From Candidatus Binatia bacterium (GTDB taxonomy: Bacteria; Desulfobacterota; Binatia; HRBIN30): a stretch of DNA of 64,000 bases. Within the stretch, counting starts at the first letter, position 1. Each line of letters opens with the position of its first letter. Shown here in pieces: positions 1-9,849 of the stretch. Made by a program: the position numbers and the translations under genes. Below the pieces are notes generated by a model, which saw only the letters and a list, made by a program, of their open reading frames with translations, ran no database searches and was not told the origin of the DNA. Where the stretch lies: positions 1 to 64,000 of the forward strand of contig JBBRSP010000011.1 of the NCBI GenBank assembly GCA_038245295.1, written 5' to 3'.

Positions 1-139
1 CGACACCCAACGCACAGCCCAACATCATCTCAGACGGCTTGCGGAGCTTGGATACACGGTCATGATCGAGCCGAAGAATGCTGCCTGACGGGGCTCTAGG
101 CACGATGGGAGGCAGTCACCCAGAAGACTTTCAAAGCAG
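1..139 (+). mobile_element. Right end of an IS110-family insertion sequence
   Basis: Transposase tail is followed ~40 nt later by CTTTCAAAGCAG (128-139), similar to the TTTTCAnnnCAG right ends I recall for this subgroup. The boundary is inferred. Confidence 0.5.
2..88 (+). CDS. IS110-family transposase, C-terminal fragment (5' part outside window)
   Basis: Frame 2 reads DTQRTAQHHLRRLAELGYTVMIEPKNAA-stop, resembling the '..RRLxxLGYxVxLEPxAA' C-terminus typical of one IS110 transposase subgroup. Not in the ORF track because it is truncated. Confidence 0.7.
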   Translation, partial: DTQRTAQHHLRRLAELGYTVMIEPKNAA

Positions 140-198
140 AACTCAGAATGAGAACCGACTCCCTTCCGCTTCTTGAAGGATGCGAAGAGACGGTGATG

Positions 199-768
199 TC
201 AGCGCGCCAGGCTGCCGCTGACGATGGTCATGAACTCGTTGCGGGTCTCCTGCGAGCTGCGGAAGGTGCCGAGCATGGCGCTGGTGACGACACTCGAGTT
301 TTGTTTTTCGACGCCGCGCATACGCATGCACAGGTGCTCCGCTTGCAGCACGACGCCGACGCCGATCGGGTCGAGCTCATCCATGAGGGTATTGGCGATC
401 TGGGTGGTCATGCGCTCCTGCACTTGCAAGCGGCGGGCGTAGACGTCGACCAGACGCGCCAGCTTGCTGATGCCGACGATGCGACGGTTGGGCAGGTAGG
501 CGACATAGGCTTTGCCGAAGAACGGCAACATGTGGTGCTCGCACAGGGAGAAGAAATCGAGATCCTTGATGACGATCATCTCCGAGTAGTCCTCGGTGAA
601 GAGCGCCCCGTTGATGACGGTCTTGGGATCTTCGGCATAGCCTTTGGTCAGGTAGCGCATGGCGCGCGCCACGCGATTCGGCGTCTTGGCCAGCCCTTCG
701 CGGTTGGGATCCTCGCCGAGCTCCGTCAGCATGGTGGTAACGCTGTCTTCGAGTTGATCGGTCGCCAT
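199..768 (-). CDS. folE: GTP cyclohydrolase I
   Basis: Motifs GEDPNREGLAKTP, FFSLCEHHMLPF, GISKLARLV, RLQVQER, HLCMRMRG. Start set at ATG 768. Confidence 0.97.
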   Translation of the reverse strand: MATDQLEDSVTTMLTELGEDPNREGLAKTPNRVARAMRYLTKGYAEDPKTVINGALFTEDYSEMIVIKDLDFFSLCEHHMLPFFGKAYVAYLPNRRIVGISKLARLVDVYARRLQVQERMTTQIANTLMDELDPIGVGVVLQAEHLCMRMRGVEKQNSSVVTSAMLGTFRSSQETRNEFMTIVSGSLAR

Positions 769-825
769 AGCCGCGGATAGTAGTCGACCACAGCGGCGTG
801 ACAAGTAGCGCGGGCAGGAGCCGGT

Positions 826-1854
826 TTACTTGGTACGTTCGACGGCTTTGACGCGTTGGTACTTCCGGTAGTCGTAGCCGGTGGCCATGGCCATCAGCAG
901 GGGCTCCATGCCGCCGTCGCGTTCGCGGCGCAGGATGCGCAGTCGTTCGTAGAAGGTGTGGAACTCTTGATTGACACGCTCACGGTCTTCGGCCGTCGCA
1001 TGGTAGAAGTCGCGTAGGCGCGTCGCGGCGAAACGGAACGCGGAGAATCGTAGTTCGTTGGGGAACGCGTCCCACTCGGCCAGCGACAGGGTGCGCAGGC
1101 CTTCGTAACCGCCCAACAACGCTTCGAAACGCTTGAGTGTGTAGCGTCCGTCTTCAAAACACAGCAAATTTACGGCGTTGGCCAATTCGAAGATGAACTT
1201 ACCGCGCGCCGCCGCATCGATACCGCGGATCACAACGAGCTTATCGCCCTTAAAGCGCAGCCCCTCGGGATGAATGTCGCCGCAGATGATGCCCTTCGGC
1301 AGCTTGCTTTCAATGTAGTGATGCAGGTAGTCGAGCTCTTCGTCGAGCGTGCGGATGATCCGTTTGAAGTACTGCGGTAGCCGACCGCGCGCTTCGCGGT
1401 AGATCTCACTGACGCGCTCGAAGCCGAAGCGGTTGTCGACACCCTTCTTGTAGCCCTTGCCGATCAAGTGCATGTCGGCCAGCAGGCGCCCGACGTTCTC
1501 AAGTTGCCCGGTGGTGAAATCATCCGGGGCGACCGGATGGCCATCGACGTACTTGAACAGGGTCAGGGAACGCTGGCCCAAGTCGCGATAATAACGACCG
1601 CGTCGGTCGGGCAGGGGTGCAGCACAAGGAAAGCCGTGCTTGCGCAAGAAGAGCAGAAAGTCGAGCTCGCGTTTGAGCTCCATTTCACTCTTGGTTGGAT
1701 CAATTGAGACTAGGAATTTGCCCTTTGGCGTATCGAGAAGGATCTGCGTCTGCGGCTCGCCTTCGGCTAGCTCGCGGTACGTCGAAATTCGCGGCAGACC
1801 GTAATCAGCAGCGATTTCGTTGAGTTCCTTCTTCCCGAGCTTGGCGTCGTTCAA
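826..1854 (-). CDS. Homoserine kinase type II (ThrB/APH-fold)-like protein with degenerate catalytic motifs
   Basis: ThrB-like layout (YGL..., GRLLADMHL, LPKGII.GD, ELANAVN, GYEGLRTLSLAEWDAFP, LRFSAFRF). Probable TTG start at 1854 behind GAGGGG. The ORF-track start at 1950 coincides with a -35 box. Confidence 0.75.
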   Translation of the reverse strand: MNDAKLGKKELNEIAADYGLPRISTYRELAEGEPQTQILLDTPKGKFLVSIDPTKSEMELKRELDFLLFLRKHGFPCAAPLPDRRGRYYRDLGQRSLTLFKYVDGHPVAPDDFTTGQLENVGRLLADMHLIGKGYKKGVDNRFGFERVSEIYREARGRLPQYFKRIIRTLDEELDYLHHYIESKLPKGIICGDIHPEGLRFKGDKLVVIRGIDAAARGKFIFELANAVNLLCFEDGRYTLKRFEALLGGYEGLRTLSLAEWDAFPNELRFSAFRFAATRLRDFYHATAEDRERVNQEFHTFYERLRILRRERDGGMEPLLMAMATGYDYRKYQRVKAVERTK

Positions 1855-1920
1855 TGCCTTGCACCCCTCGGCGTCCACCCACCACTCGCAACTCTTCAAT
1901 CCTACAGGAGAACTGCGCCG

Positions 1921-1950
1921 ACTATACAGAGCCCCTCTCTTCAGTGTCAA
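1921..1950 (-). promoter_or_regulatory. sigma70-type promoter for the ThrB-like gene
   Basis: Minus strand TTGACA-N18-TATAGT. Confidence 0.65.
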
Positions 1951-1999
1951 GCAAAATGTTGGACTGTGGAGAGAAGGATCGTTGTCCGATAAGTACTCC

Positions 2000-2737
2000 T
2001 TACTGGATACCCATCATCTTATGGGTCTGCGGGACGACGCGCAGGTTGGTGTGGCGGCGACGGGCGATGCGATACAGTTCGTCGAGGCGCTGCGCCGTAA
2101 TGGTCGAACCGCCGACCGGGCTGGTGATCGGTTGCAGGAAGGCGGCGGTTGAGGGATTCGCGCTGGCTACCATCTGCAGGGCAAGGTCGACATCAGTATC
2201 GGCGGTATTCTGATCGACGAGAATCTTGACGTAGAGGTCTTTGCCCTGGGCGGTGGCGAGGAAGCTTTGATGTTCCTCCCAGAAGGCGCGTTCGCCGCTG
2301 TTCGACGGCAGCTTCATGTCCATGCTGACGATGTCGATCCACGGCAGCACCTGAGTCAGGCGCTTCGGTAACATGCCGTTGGTTTCCAGCAGGACGGGAA
2401 CACGGCTCTTGGCCGCGTCGAGTGTCGCCGCCAGGAACTCCGCCTGCACGAGGGGCTCGCCGCCCGTCACGGCAATCGTGTCGATGAATGGGTCGACTTC
2501 GAGCCAGCGGCCGATCAGTGCGGCAAGTTGCTCGTGGGAAAGTGGATTGTCGAGGCGCTCGGGCTGGCGATCGGGCCAATAGAGAACACAGGTAGCGGTG
2601 CGCTCCAGGCTATCGGGCGTATCGCAGTAGGAGCAGCGGATGTTGCAACCCGCCAGGCGGACGAACAGGTGACGGCGACCAACGTGGGCGCCCTCGCCTT
2701 GAAACGAAACGAAGCATTCCGAGACGTATCCCTGCAC
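2000..2737 (-). CDS. queE: 7-carboxy-7-deazaguanine synthase (radical SAM)
   Basis: SFQGEG...FVRLAGCNIRCSYCDT, VTGGEP, LETNG, PQTHK; located next to folE. Confidence 0.92.
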   Translation of the reverse strand: MQGYVSECFVSFQGEGAHVGRRHLFVRLAGCNIRCSYCDTPDSLERTATCVLYWPDRQPERLDNPLSHEQLAALIGRWLEVDPFIDTIAVTGGEPLVQAEFLAATLDAAKSRVPVLLETNGMLPKRLTQVLPWIDIVSMDMKLPSNSGERAFWEEHQSFLATAQGKDLYVKILVDQNTADTDVDLALQMVASANPSTAAFLQPITSPVGGSTITAQRLDELYRIARRRHTNLRVVPQTHKMMGIQ

Positions 2738-2778
2738 GCGGCCCCCCTAACATAGAGCCGTCGGAGCGGCCAGGAATC

Positions 2779-4107
2779 TCAGGCCGGTAGCAGGCCGATC
2801 TTGATGTCCATGACGTTCGTGCCGGTTGGCCCGCAACGCACGAGATCCTCTAGTGCCTCCAAGCAAGGGTAAGAATCGTTGTTGCTCAGAGCGGCCTCGA
2901 TAGAAATGCCAAGGGCGGCGGCGCGGGTGGCGCTGCTGCCATCGACAAATCCGCCGGCCGCATCGGTTGGCCCGTCGATGCCGTCTGTTCCAGCGCTCAG
3001 CAGCACGGCGGTCGAGCCGGCGAGGCTGGCCGCTGCCGCGAGCGCAAACTCCTGATTGCGGCCGCCGCGGCCGTGACCGCGCACGTTGACCGTGGTCTCG
3101 CCGCCCGCCAGCACGCAGATTCCTTTGCTGTTGCCTTCTCGGCAGCTGAGAAGCTCCTGGGTGAAGTGGCGGGCCGCCGCCGTCGTATCGCCACGGAGCG
3201 GGGCTCGAAGGATCACGGGTCGCCAGCCAAGCGTCGCCGCGGCGTCGGCGGCGCCCTGCAAGGCCACTTGGTTGGACCCAATCACGATGGCTGGGCCCGA
3301 CGGTTTGTCGCCGGGTTTGAGAGTTTCGATCGACTGGCCGCACAGTCCCGCCTCCAGGTGGGCTCGGATGCGGGCTGGTAGGTGCGTCTCCAGGTTGTAC
3401 TTCGTGATAATCCGCCAGGCGTCGGAAAAGGTTGTCGGGTCGGCGACCGACGGCCCCGACCCGATTGTTGCCACGTCGTCACCGACGACGTCGGAGATCA
3501 CGAGAGTAAACATCGGGCGAGCCGCGGCGCGCAGTAGGCCGCCGCCTTTGATCCCCGAGATGTGTTTGCGAACGGTATTGAACTCATCGATCGAGGCGCC
3601 GCAGCGCAACAGCAGCTGAGTCGTCTCCTGCTTGTCGCCGAGGCTCAGGCCGGCTGCCGGTAGAGCCAGCAGGCTCGAGGCGCCGCCACTGATGAGGCAA
3701 CAGAGGGTGCCGTCATGGCAGGAAGAAGCGAGATCCAGGAGTTGCTGACTGGCGGCGACACTGCGTTCATCGGGAACCGGGTGGGAGGACAGCGCAAAAC
3801 CGATCTTCCGCGGGCCCAAAGGCGGGTCGTTTCCCGGCGGGCCGGCGACGACGCCGTCGACGAACTCGGCTCCGATGCAATCCTCGACACCGCGGGCCAT
3901 ACGCGCGCTGGCCTTGCCCGCGCCGATGACGTGCAGGGGCAGGGGCCAATTCCAGGAAGAACCGCCGTCGGTGAGAACCGCGGTGGTGTGTAGACGATGT
4001 AGGTGTTTGGCGACCAGCCGTGCCGGCTCAACCGACGCCACCGCGGCGTCGAACAACCGCAAGGCCTCGCGGCGCAGTTGATCTCGGCTGGGCGTGGCGG
4101 GCGGCAC
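2779..4107 (-). CDS. Glycerate 2-kinase (MOFRL/TtuD family)
   Basis: GAGKAS, HPVPD, LISGGASSL, NTVRKHIS.IKGG, ISDVVGDD, GGETTV, GRGGRNQE, GTDGIDG, GPTGTNVMD. Confidence 0.93.
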   Translation of the reverse strand: MPPATPSRDQLRREALRLFDAAVASVEPARLVAKHLHRLHTTAVLTDGGSSWNWPLPLHVIGAGKASARMARGVEDCIGAEFVDGVVAGPPGNDPPLGPRKIGFALSSHPVPDERSVAASQQLLDLASSCHDGTLCCLISGGASSLLALPAAGLSLGDKQETTQLLLRCGASIDEFNTVRKHISGIKGGGLLRAAARPMFTLVISDVVGDDVATIGSGPSVADPTTFSDAWRIITKYNLETHLPARIRAHLEAGLCGQSIETLKPGDKPSGPAIVIGSNQVALQGAADAAATLGWRPVILRAPLRGDTTAAARHFTQELLSCREGNSKGICVLAGGETTVNVRGHGRGGRNQEFALAAAASLAGSTAVLLSAGTDGIDGPTDAAGGFVDGSSATRAAALGISIEAALSNNDSYPCLEALEDLVRCGPTGTNVMDIKIGLLPA

Positions 4108-4118
4108 GGCGCCGCTGG

Positions 4119-4544
4119 TCAGGAATTGTCGTCGGCGTCGTCGGTAGCGCCGAGTTTGCGATAGGTGCGATCGTCGTCGAAGCGCTTCGCCGACTTGGCT
4201 TCCTTCTCAGCTTCACCCTGGCAGGTCACACACAGACGTGTGAACGGCAGAGCCAGCAGGCGGCCTTCGGCGATCTCGGCTTCGCAGTTCTCGCAGACAC
4301 CATAGGTGCCTTCATTGATGCGAGTGATCGAGTCCTGGATCGCCTGCAGCTTCTCGCGGTCGCGATCGGTGAGGATGAAGCTGATCTCGCGATCGCGCTC
4401 TTCACTGGCGAGATCATACGTGTCCATGCCTTCCTCTTTGCCGGACTCGCGTCCCGCCCTGAGGTCTTGATCCATCTCCTGCAGGACCTGCTTACGCAAT
4501 TCGCCGAGCTTCTCGCGGGCTGTCTTCAAGAATGTTTTACGCAT
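4119..4544 (-). CDS. DksA/TraR family C4 zinc-finger protein
   Basis: Coiled coil with DTYDLA (DxxDxA) tip; GTYGVCENC...RL.ALP...CVTC. ATG 4544 preceded by AAGGA. Confidence 0.9.
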   Translation of the reverse strand: MRKTFLKTAREKLGELRKQVLQEMDQDLRAGRESGKEEGMDTYDLASEERDREISFILTDRDREKLQAIQDSITRINEGTYGVCENCEAEIAEGRLLALPFTRLCVTCQGEAEKEAKSAKRFDDDRTYRKLGATDDADDNS

Positions 4545-4567
4545 TGGATTCCTTACGAAGGGCGCGG

Positions 4568-4596
4568 AACTTAGAGACATTCGAATCGAGTGTCAA
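4568..4596 (-). promoter_or_regulatory. sigma70-type promoter of the dksA-like gene
   Basis: Minus strand TTGACA-N17-TAAGTT followed by GC-rich CCGCGCC. Confidence 0.6.
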
Positions 4597-4653
4597 CCAG
4601 TTTCCACAGCTGTTGCGGAACTCTGTGGTACCCACCTCGGAGCGACTCGAAAA

Positions 4654-5594
<941 letters not shown>

Positions 5595-5598
<4 letters not shown>

Positions 5599-6071
5599 GG
5601 TTGGGCTTCCTCTTTCAATGCGGTTCGTTGTGTCTCCGGCAGCGGCGATACCTGCAAGACGATTCCGTCGGCGCCGTCGATGCGTATTTGAGCGTCAACG
5701 GGAATCGCGACGGCGCTGCGTGCCGCCCAATCCTCGCCGCCGACGATGATGCGTCCCTGCCCAAGCACCGGATCGATCGACTCGGTGACGCAGCCGACCC
5801 TGCCAACCAATGCTTCCGTTCGTGACGGCACACCCGGGGAAACGAGTTTCGAAACCAGTCGTGGACGCAGAAAGATCAGCGATAAAATCAGTGTCGCCGA
5901 GAAGGCGCTCGCTTGGACGGCGAAGCCTGCGCCTAACGCCGCGCCAATCGCCGCGACGAGCGATGCCGCCGTGACGAAGACGAAGCCAAACGAAGGGGAA
6001 GCCAGTTCGATAACCGCCGAGAGGATGGCGGCAACCAACCAGAGCACCGGGGCACTCATCGCGGAATCCAC
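5595..6071 (-). CDS. NfeD family membrane protein
   Basis: Hydrophobic N-half; LVGRVG.V...GRIIVGGEDWAA OB-fold; 4-nt overlap with the SPFH gene (a canonical pair). Confidence 0.88.
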
Positions 6072-6138
6072 ATTTGCATTGCGGTTCTAGTACGAACCTA
6101 CGGCCGTTGCGATGTCTGATCGTGTCGTGTGTCTCCAT

Positions 6139-6221
6139 CGCAGGCTAAAGCCTGCGGCTACCGCGGACCGAACCCACCGCAACGGTGAGCAGGTGACGGT
6201 AGGCGCAGGCTTTAGCCTGCG
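6139..6221. repeat. GTAG-type REP inverted doublet, copy 1
   Basis: CGCAGGCTAAAGCCTGCGGCTACC ... GGTAGGCGCAGGCTTTAGCCTGCG. Confidence 0.85.
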
Positions 6222-6449
6222 ATGGCCTCCGAGTACGGCGCTCCGCCGCTCTCGGCCCATTGAAAACATTGAGGTTTCGAGAAGGTAACGCGCCGAAAGG
6301 CCAAAAAGCGTTGAGTTTGTATGGCTAGGTAGACCTGTCCCGACCCCTGAAAGCCCGTCCTGGGGCTTCCTGGTGCGTCGCACGCGGATCGAAACGTTTG
6401 CGAAGTGCCAGGTTTTAATTATCGGATGTCGATCTGAGCCGGGAGGGCG

Positions 6450-7775
6450 TCATTCGCGCAACGGTTCGGCCGTCAGGTCGTAGGTCTTGCTGGCGACGAT
6501 TCGAGCCCGGGTGAACGAGCCGACCGGTGCGGCGCGGCGCAAGCGTACAATGCCGTCAATCTCCGGCGCTTGGCTGGCCAACCGCCCGTAGAGTTTGCCT
6601 TTGTCGTCGTCGCCGCAGACGAGAACCTCGCACTCGCGGCCGACCATCTCTTTGTTGAGGGCGGTGGAGACGGTGGCCTGCGCGCGCATCAAGAGATCGC
6701 GGCGATGGCGTTTCACGCTGGCGGGGAGTTGCCCGTCCATGTCGCCGGCCGCCGTGCCTTCTTCGCGCGAGTACTCGAACACCCCGGCGCGTTCGAACTT
6801 CGCTTCGCCGATGAAGTTGAGGAGCTCGCGGAAGTCATCGTCCGTCTCGCCGGGAAAGCCGACGATGAACGAGGTGCGGATCGCCACTCCGGGGATGCGC
6901 TCGCGGATGCGATCCAACAACAGACGGATGGTCTTGCCGTCGCGCTCACGCCGCATGCGGCGCAACATGCGATCGCTGATGTGTTGCAGCGGCATGTCGA
7001 TATACGAACAGACCTTCTCCTCGGCGGCGATGGTGTCGAGCAGGTCGTCGGTGACGTAGCGCGGATAGTTGTACAGCAGCCTGATCCATCGAATGCCGTC
7101 GACCTTGACCAACTCGCGCAACAGCTTGCTCAGCGTCGTGCCGTCGCGACGATCACGGCCGAACGCCGTCAGGTCCTGGGCGATGAGGTTCAATTCGACG
7201 ACGCCGTCGGCGGCCAAACGGTGTGCCTCGGTGACGACCGACTCGACGGAACGGCTCTCGTGGCGTCCGCGAATCTTGGGGATGATGCAGAAGGCGCACG
7301 TATGGTCACAGCCCTCCGACACCTTGAGGTAGGTGCTGAAGAACTGCCCGGTGCGGACGCGTGGGATGTTGAGCTCGGGCAACAGGTGCGCTGCCCCACG
7401 GTAACCATTCGTATCGGCACCCGAACGCTGCTCGAGCACCGCCGGCAGCCGGTCGAAGTCGCCGGTTCCAAGGAAAGCATCCACCTCCGGCAGTGATTCC
7501 TGCAGCTCCGAACCGTAGCGCTGCACGAGGCAGCCGGTGACGACCAGACGTTTCTGCGGATCCCCCGCCTTGTACTCGGCGAGGTCGAGGATCGTGTCGA
7601 TCGATTCCTTCTTGGCGTCGGCGATGAAGCCGCAGGTGTTGACGATCAGCACATCGGCCTCGTCCGGATCCATGACGATCTGCGCGCCGTCGCGCGTCAT
7701 CATGCCGAGCATCAGCTCGCTGTCGACGAGGTTCTTCGGACAGCCGAGACTCTGCAAGTAGACTTTGGTTGCCAT
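6450..7775 (-). CDS. rimO: Ribosomal protein S12 methylthiotransferase
   Basis: SLGCPKNLVDSE, NTCGFI..AK.ESI, YLKVSEGCDHTCAFCIIP, APEIDG, C-terminal TRAM domain. Confidence 0.96.
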   Translation of the reverse strand: MATKVYLQSLGCPKNLVDSELMLGMMTRDGAQIVMDPDEADVLIVNTCGFIADAKKESIDTILDLAEYKAGDPQKRLVVTGCLVQRYGSELQESLPEVDAFLGTGDFDRLPAVLEQRSGADTNGYRGAAHLLPELNIPRVRTGQFFSTYLKVSEGCDHTCAFCIIPKIRGRHESRSVESVVTEAHRLAADGVVELNLIAQDLTAFGRDRRDGTTLSKLLRELVKVDGIRWIRLLYNYPRYVTDDLLDTIAAEEKVCSYIDMPLQHISDRMLRRMRRERDGKTIRLLLDRIRERIPGVAIRTSFIVGFPGETDDDFRELLNFIGEAKFERAGVFEYSREEGTAAGDMDGQLPASVKRHRRDLLMRAQATVSTALNKEMVGRECEVLVCGDDDKGKLYGRLASQAPEIDGIVRLRRAAPVGSFTRARIVASKTYDLTAEPLRE

Positions 7776-7821
7776 GTGAACCGGACACCCTAGCGCCAAG
7801 GCGGCGATTGGCAACGACCGC

Positions 7822-8646
7822 CTAGTTTACGGGGTTGGAGCGGACCGTGCGCTTGCGCACCGGAACCCAATGGTCGAGCGCGGTTTCCAGGGTGCCATTG
7901 GTCTTCCAGGTTGCCAGGACTTCGTTGAGTTTGGTGCGCAACGCGGAGTCCTCATGGCGTGTGGCCCAGCCGAGGTACTCGTCGGTGAGCGGTGTGTAGA
8001 GACCGGTCAGCGACTTCTCGGGTGACTCCAGTCCACCGCTGATGCGCCAGATGGCCGGTGCATCATGCAGGAAGACGTCGACACGCTTACGACGCAGGGC
8101 GGTGACACCGATCTCGACCGTCTTGAAGCCGACGATCTGTGCTTGCGGGTAGTTGGCGCGGGCGAACGCGTCACCGGTGGTCCCGGCGACGACGGCGATG
8201 CGCACTTTCGGCGCGTTCATCGATTCCGGCTCGCGGAAGCGTTCCGCGTCGGCGTTGCGCACCAGGCGCATCTGGCCGACACGAACGTAGGGCTCACCGA
8301 AGCTGACGATCTTGCGGCGCTCGTCGTTCATCGTCACGCCCGACATCACGACATCAAACTTCTTCGCCACCAGGCCCGGCAGCAAATCATCCCACGTGGT
8401 CTCCACTAGAATGACCTTGGCACCCAACTCCTTGGCCAACGCCTGGGCGAAGTCGGCTTCTACCCCCACCGTCTTGCCGTCCTTCTTGAAGGCCATCGGT
8501 GGGTTTACCGGCGCGATCCCTACTTTCAGTTCGCTGATGACCAGATCGGATTTGGCCTGTTCACCCGATTGGGGGGTTGTCTGCATGGAACCGCAGGCGC
8601 TGAGCAGGGCGGCGGCGCCAAGGGCGATAGGTAGGAATCGACGCAT
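7822..8646 (-). CDS. Polar amino-acid ABC-type substrate-binding lipoprotein (family 3), orphan
   Basis: Lipobox LLSAC; LKVGIAPVNPPMAF...GVEADFA...FDVVMSGVTMNDERR. Confidence 0.85.
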   Translation of the reverse strand: MRRFLPIALGAAALLSACGSMQTTPQSGEQAKSDLVISELKVGIAPVNPPMAFKKDGKTVGVEADFAQALAKELGAKVILVETTWDDLLPGLVAKKFDVVMSGVTMNDERRKIVSFGEPYVRVGQMRLVRNADAERFREPESMNAPKVRIAVVAGTTGDAFARANYPQAQIVGFKTVEIGVTALRRKRVDVFLHDAPAIWRISGGLESPEKSLTGLYTPLTDEYLGWATRHEDSALRTKLNEVLATWKTNGTLETALDHWVPVRKRTVRSNPVN

Positions 8647-8676
8647 GTTGATCTTCCTTTCATCCGATCCAAGAAG

Positions 8677-8710
8677 CAGCGGCCCGCGGAGTTCCCCCCG
8701 CGGGCCGCTG
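8677..8710 (-). terminator. Intrinsic terminator-like hairpin after the ompA-like gene
   Basis: 13-bp perfect stem CAGCGGCCCGCGG/CCGCGGGCCGCTG; CTTCTT follows on the minus strand. Confidence 0.6.
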
Positions 8711-8758
8711 ACCTAAGTGCTCTCGCAAGCCTAAGGTACTCGGCTCGCGTTGTTGAGA

Positions 8759-9736
8759 CTACTCCGACAGGATGCGCAGCTCGACGCGGCGGTTCTGTTG
8801 CATTCCATCGGCGGTGTCGTTGCTGGCCACGGGCTTGCTCTCGCCGAAGCCGACCGTCGTAAGACGTGACTTCTCGACGCCGCCCTTCATCATATAGTTG
8901 GCGACCGAGTCGGCACGGCGTTCCGACAGTGTCTGGTTGTGCGCGTCACTGGCGCGGCTGTCGGTATGGCCTTCGACGGAAACGTTGACCCCGGAGTTCT
9001 CCTTCAAGGTCGAGACGGCTTCGTCCAGGATGGGTCGCGCGTCATTGCGGATGGCCCACTTGTCGGTATCGAAATTGACGCCGCGCAGGACGATACGCTT
9101 CTTCATCACCGGAGCCGGGGCCGGTTCGGCGACCGGTGGCGGCGGTGCGGCCGCCGCGACAACGGGCTCGGGAGCGTTGAACCGGTGCTGCAAGCTCACA
9201 CCGCTCGAGAGATAGGTCAGGCTACGATCGAGGCCGGGGTACGCATCCATATAGGCCTGGTCGTGACGCACGAAGATGCCGAGCGCGGTTCCCGGGACAA
9301 GGTCGATGTTCACACCGCCGCCAACGTTCCAGCCGCCCGAGGTCTCGGTGAGCGGACCAGCGATGCCGGTGTAAACGCCGCCGCCGCCACCGACCCAGCC
9401 TTCTTTACCCTCGGTGCCGATCGACAGACGCGGTCCGACGGTAAACGAGAAGATGCCTTCCATGTCGTCGCTGCTGTTCAGACGCGGATGATCGATCGGG
9501 AAGCCGGCGAACTGCGGCTGGGCGATGATTCCCAGCCGAACGGTGTCACCAAACTCATATCCAGCGTAGGGGGCGATGGAACCACCGGTATCGACGCTGT
9601 TGCGAAACTTCTTGGTCGGAAAAGAGGGTGCCAACTCAACCCCAACGAGCGGACCGCCGGCAAACGCCGTCGGCACGATCGCGAAGAAGCCCGCGGCTAC
9701 CACTAACGTTTGTGCCCAACTCCACCCTGTCCTCAT
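8759..9736 (-). CDS. OmpA family outer-membrane protein (beta-barrel, Pro-rich linker, peptidoglycan-binding domain)
   Basis: Signal peptide; alternating beta-strands; LRGVNFDTDK, VEGHTDS, LSERRA, NRRVEL. ATG 9736 follows GGAGG. Confidence 0.9.
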   Translation of the reverse strand: MRTGWSWAQTLVVAAGFFAIVPTAFAGGPLVGVELAPSFPTKKFRNSVDTGGSIAPYAGYEFGDTVRLGIIAQPQFAGFPIDHPRLNSSDDMEGIFSFTVGPRLSIGTEGKEGWVGGGGGVYTGIAGPLTETSGGWNVGGGVNIDLVPGTALGIFVRHDQAYMDAYPGLDRSLTYLSSGVSLQHRFNAPEPVVAAAAPPPPVAEPAPAPVMKKRIVLRGVNFDTDKWAIRNDARPILDEAVSTLKENSGVNVSVEGHTDSRASDAHNQTLSERRADSVANYMMKGGVEKSRLTTVGFGESKPVASNDTADGMQQNRRVELRILSE

Positions 9737-9849
9737 GCTGCCCTCCTTAAAGAGAATCGCCGGTTGCTGCCGTCTGGTCCCGCCCTGCGGCCCTTGGGCA
9801 CCGCCTAGCCGCGCCAATCAAGCACATGCGCGGCCTGAAACTCAAGACG

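Noticed and set aside
769..825. Searched for a preQ1 or other riboswitch near folE and queE (also 2738-2778)
   Set aside because: The spacers are short and show no preQ1-like stem plus A-rich tail.
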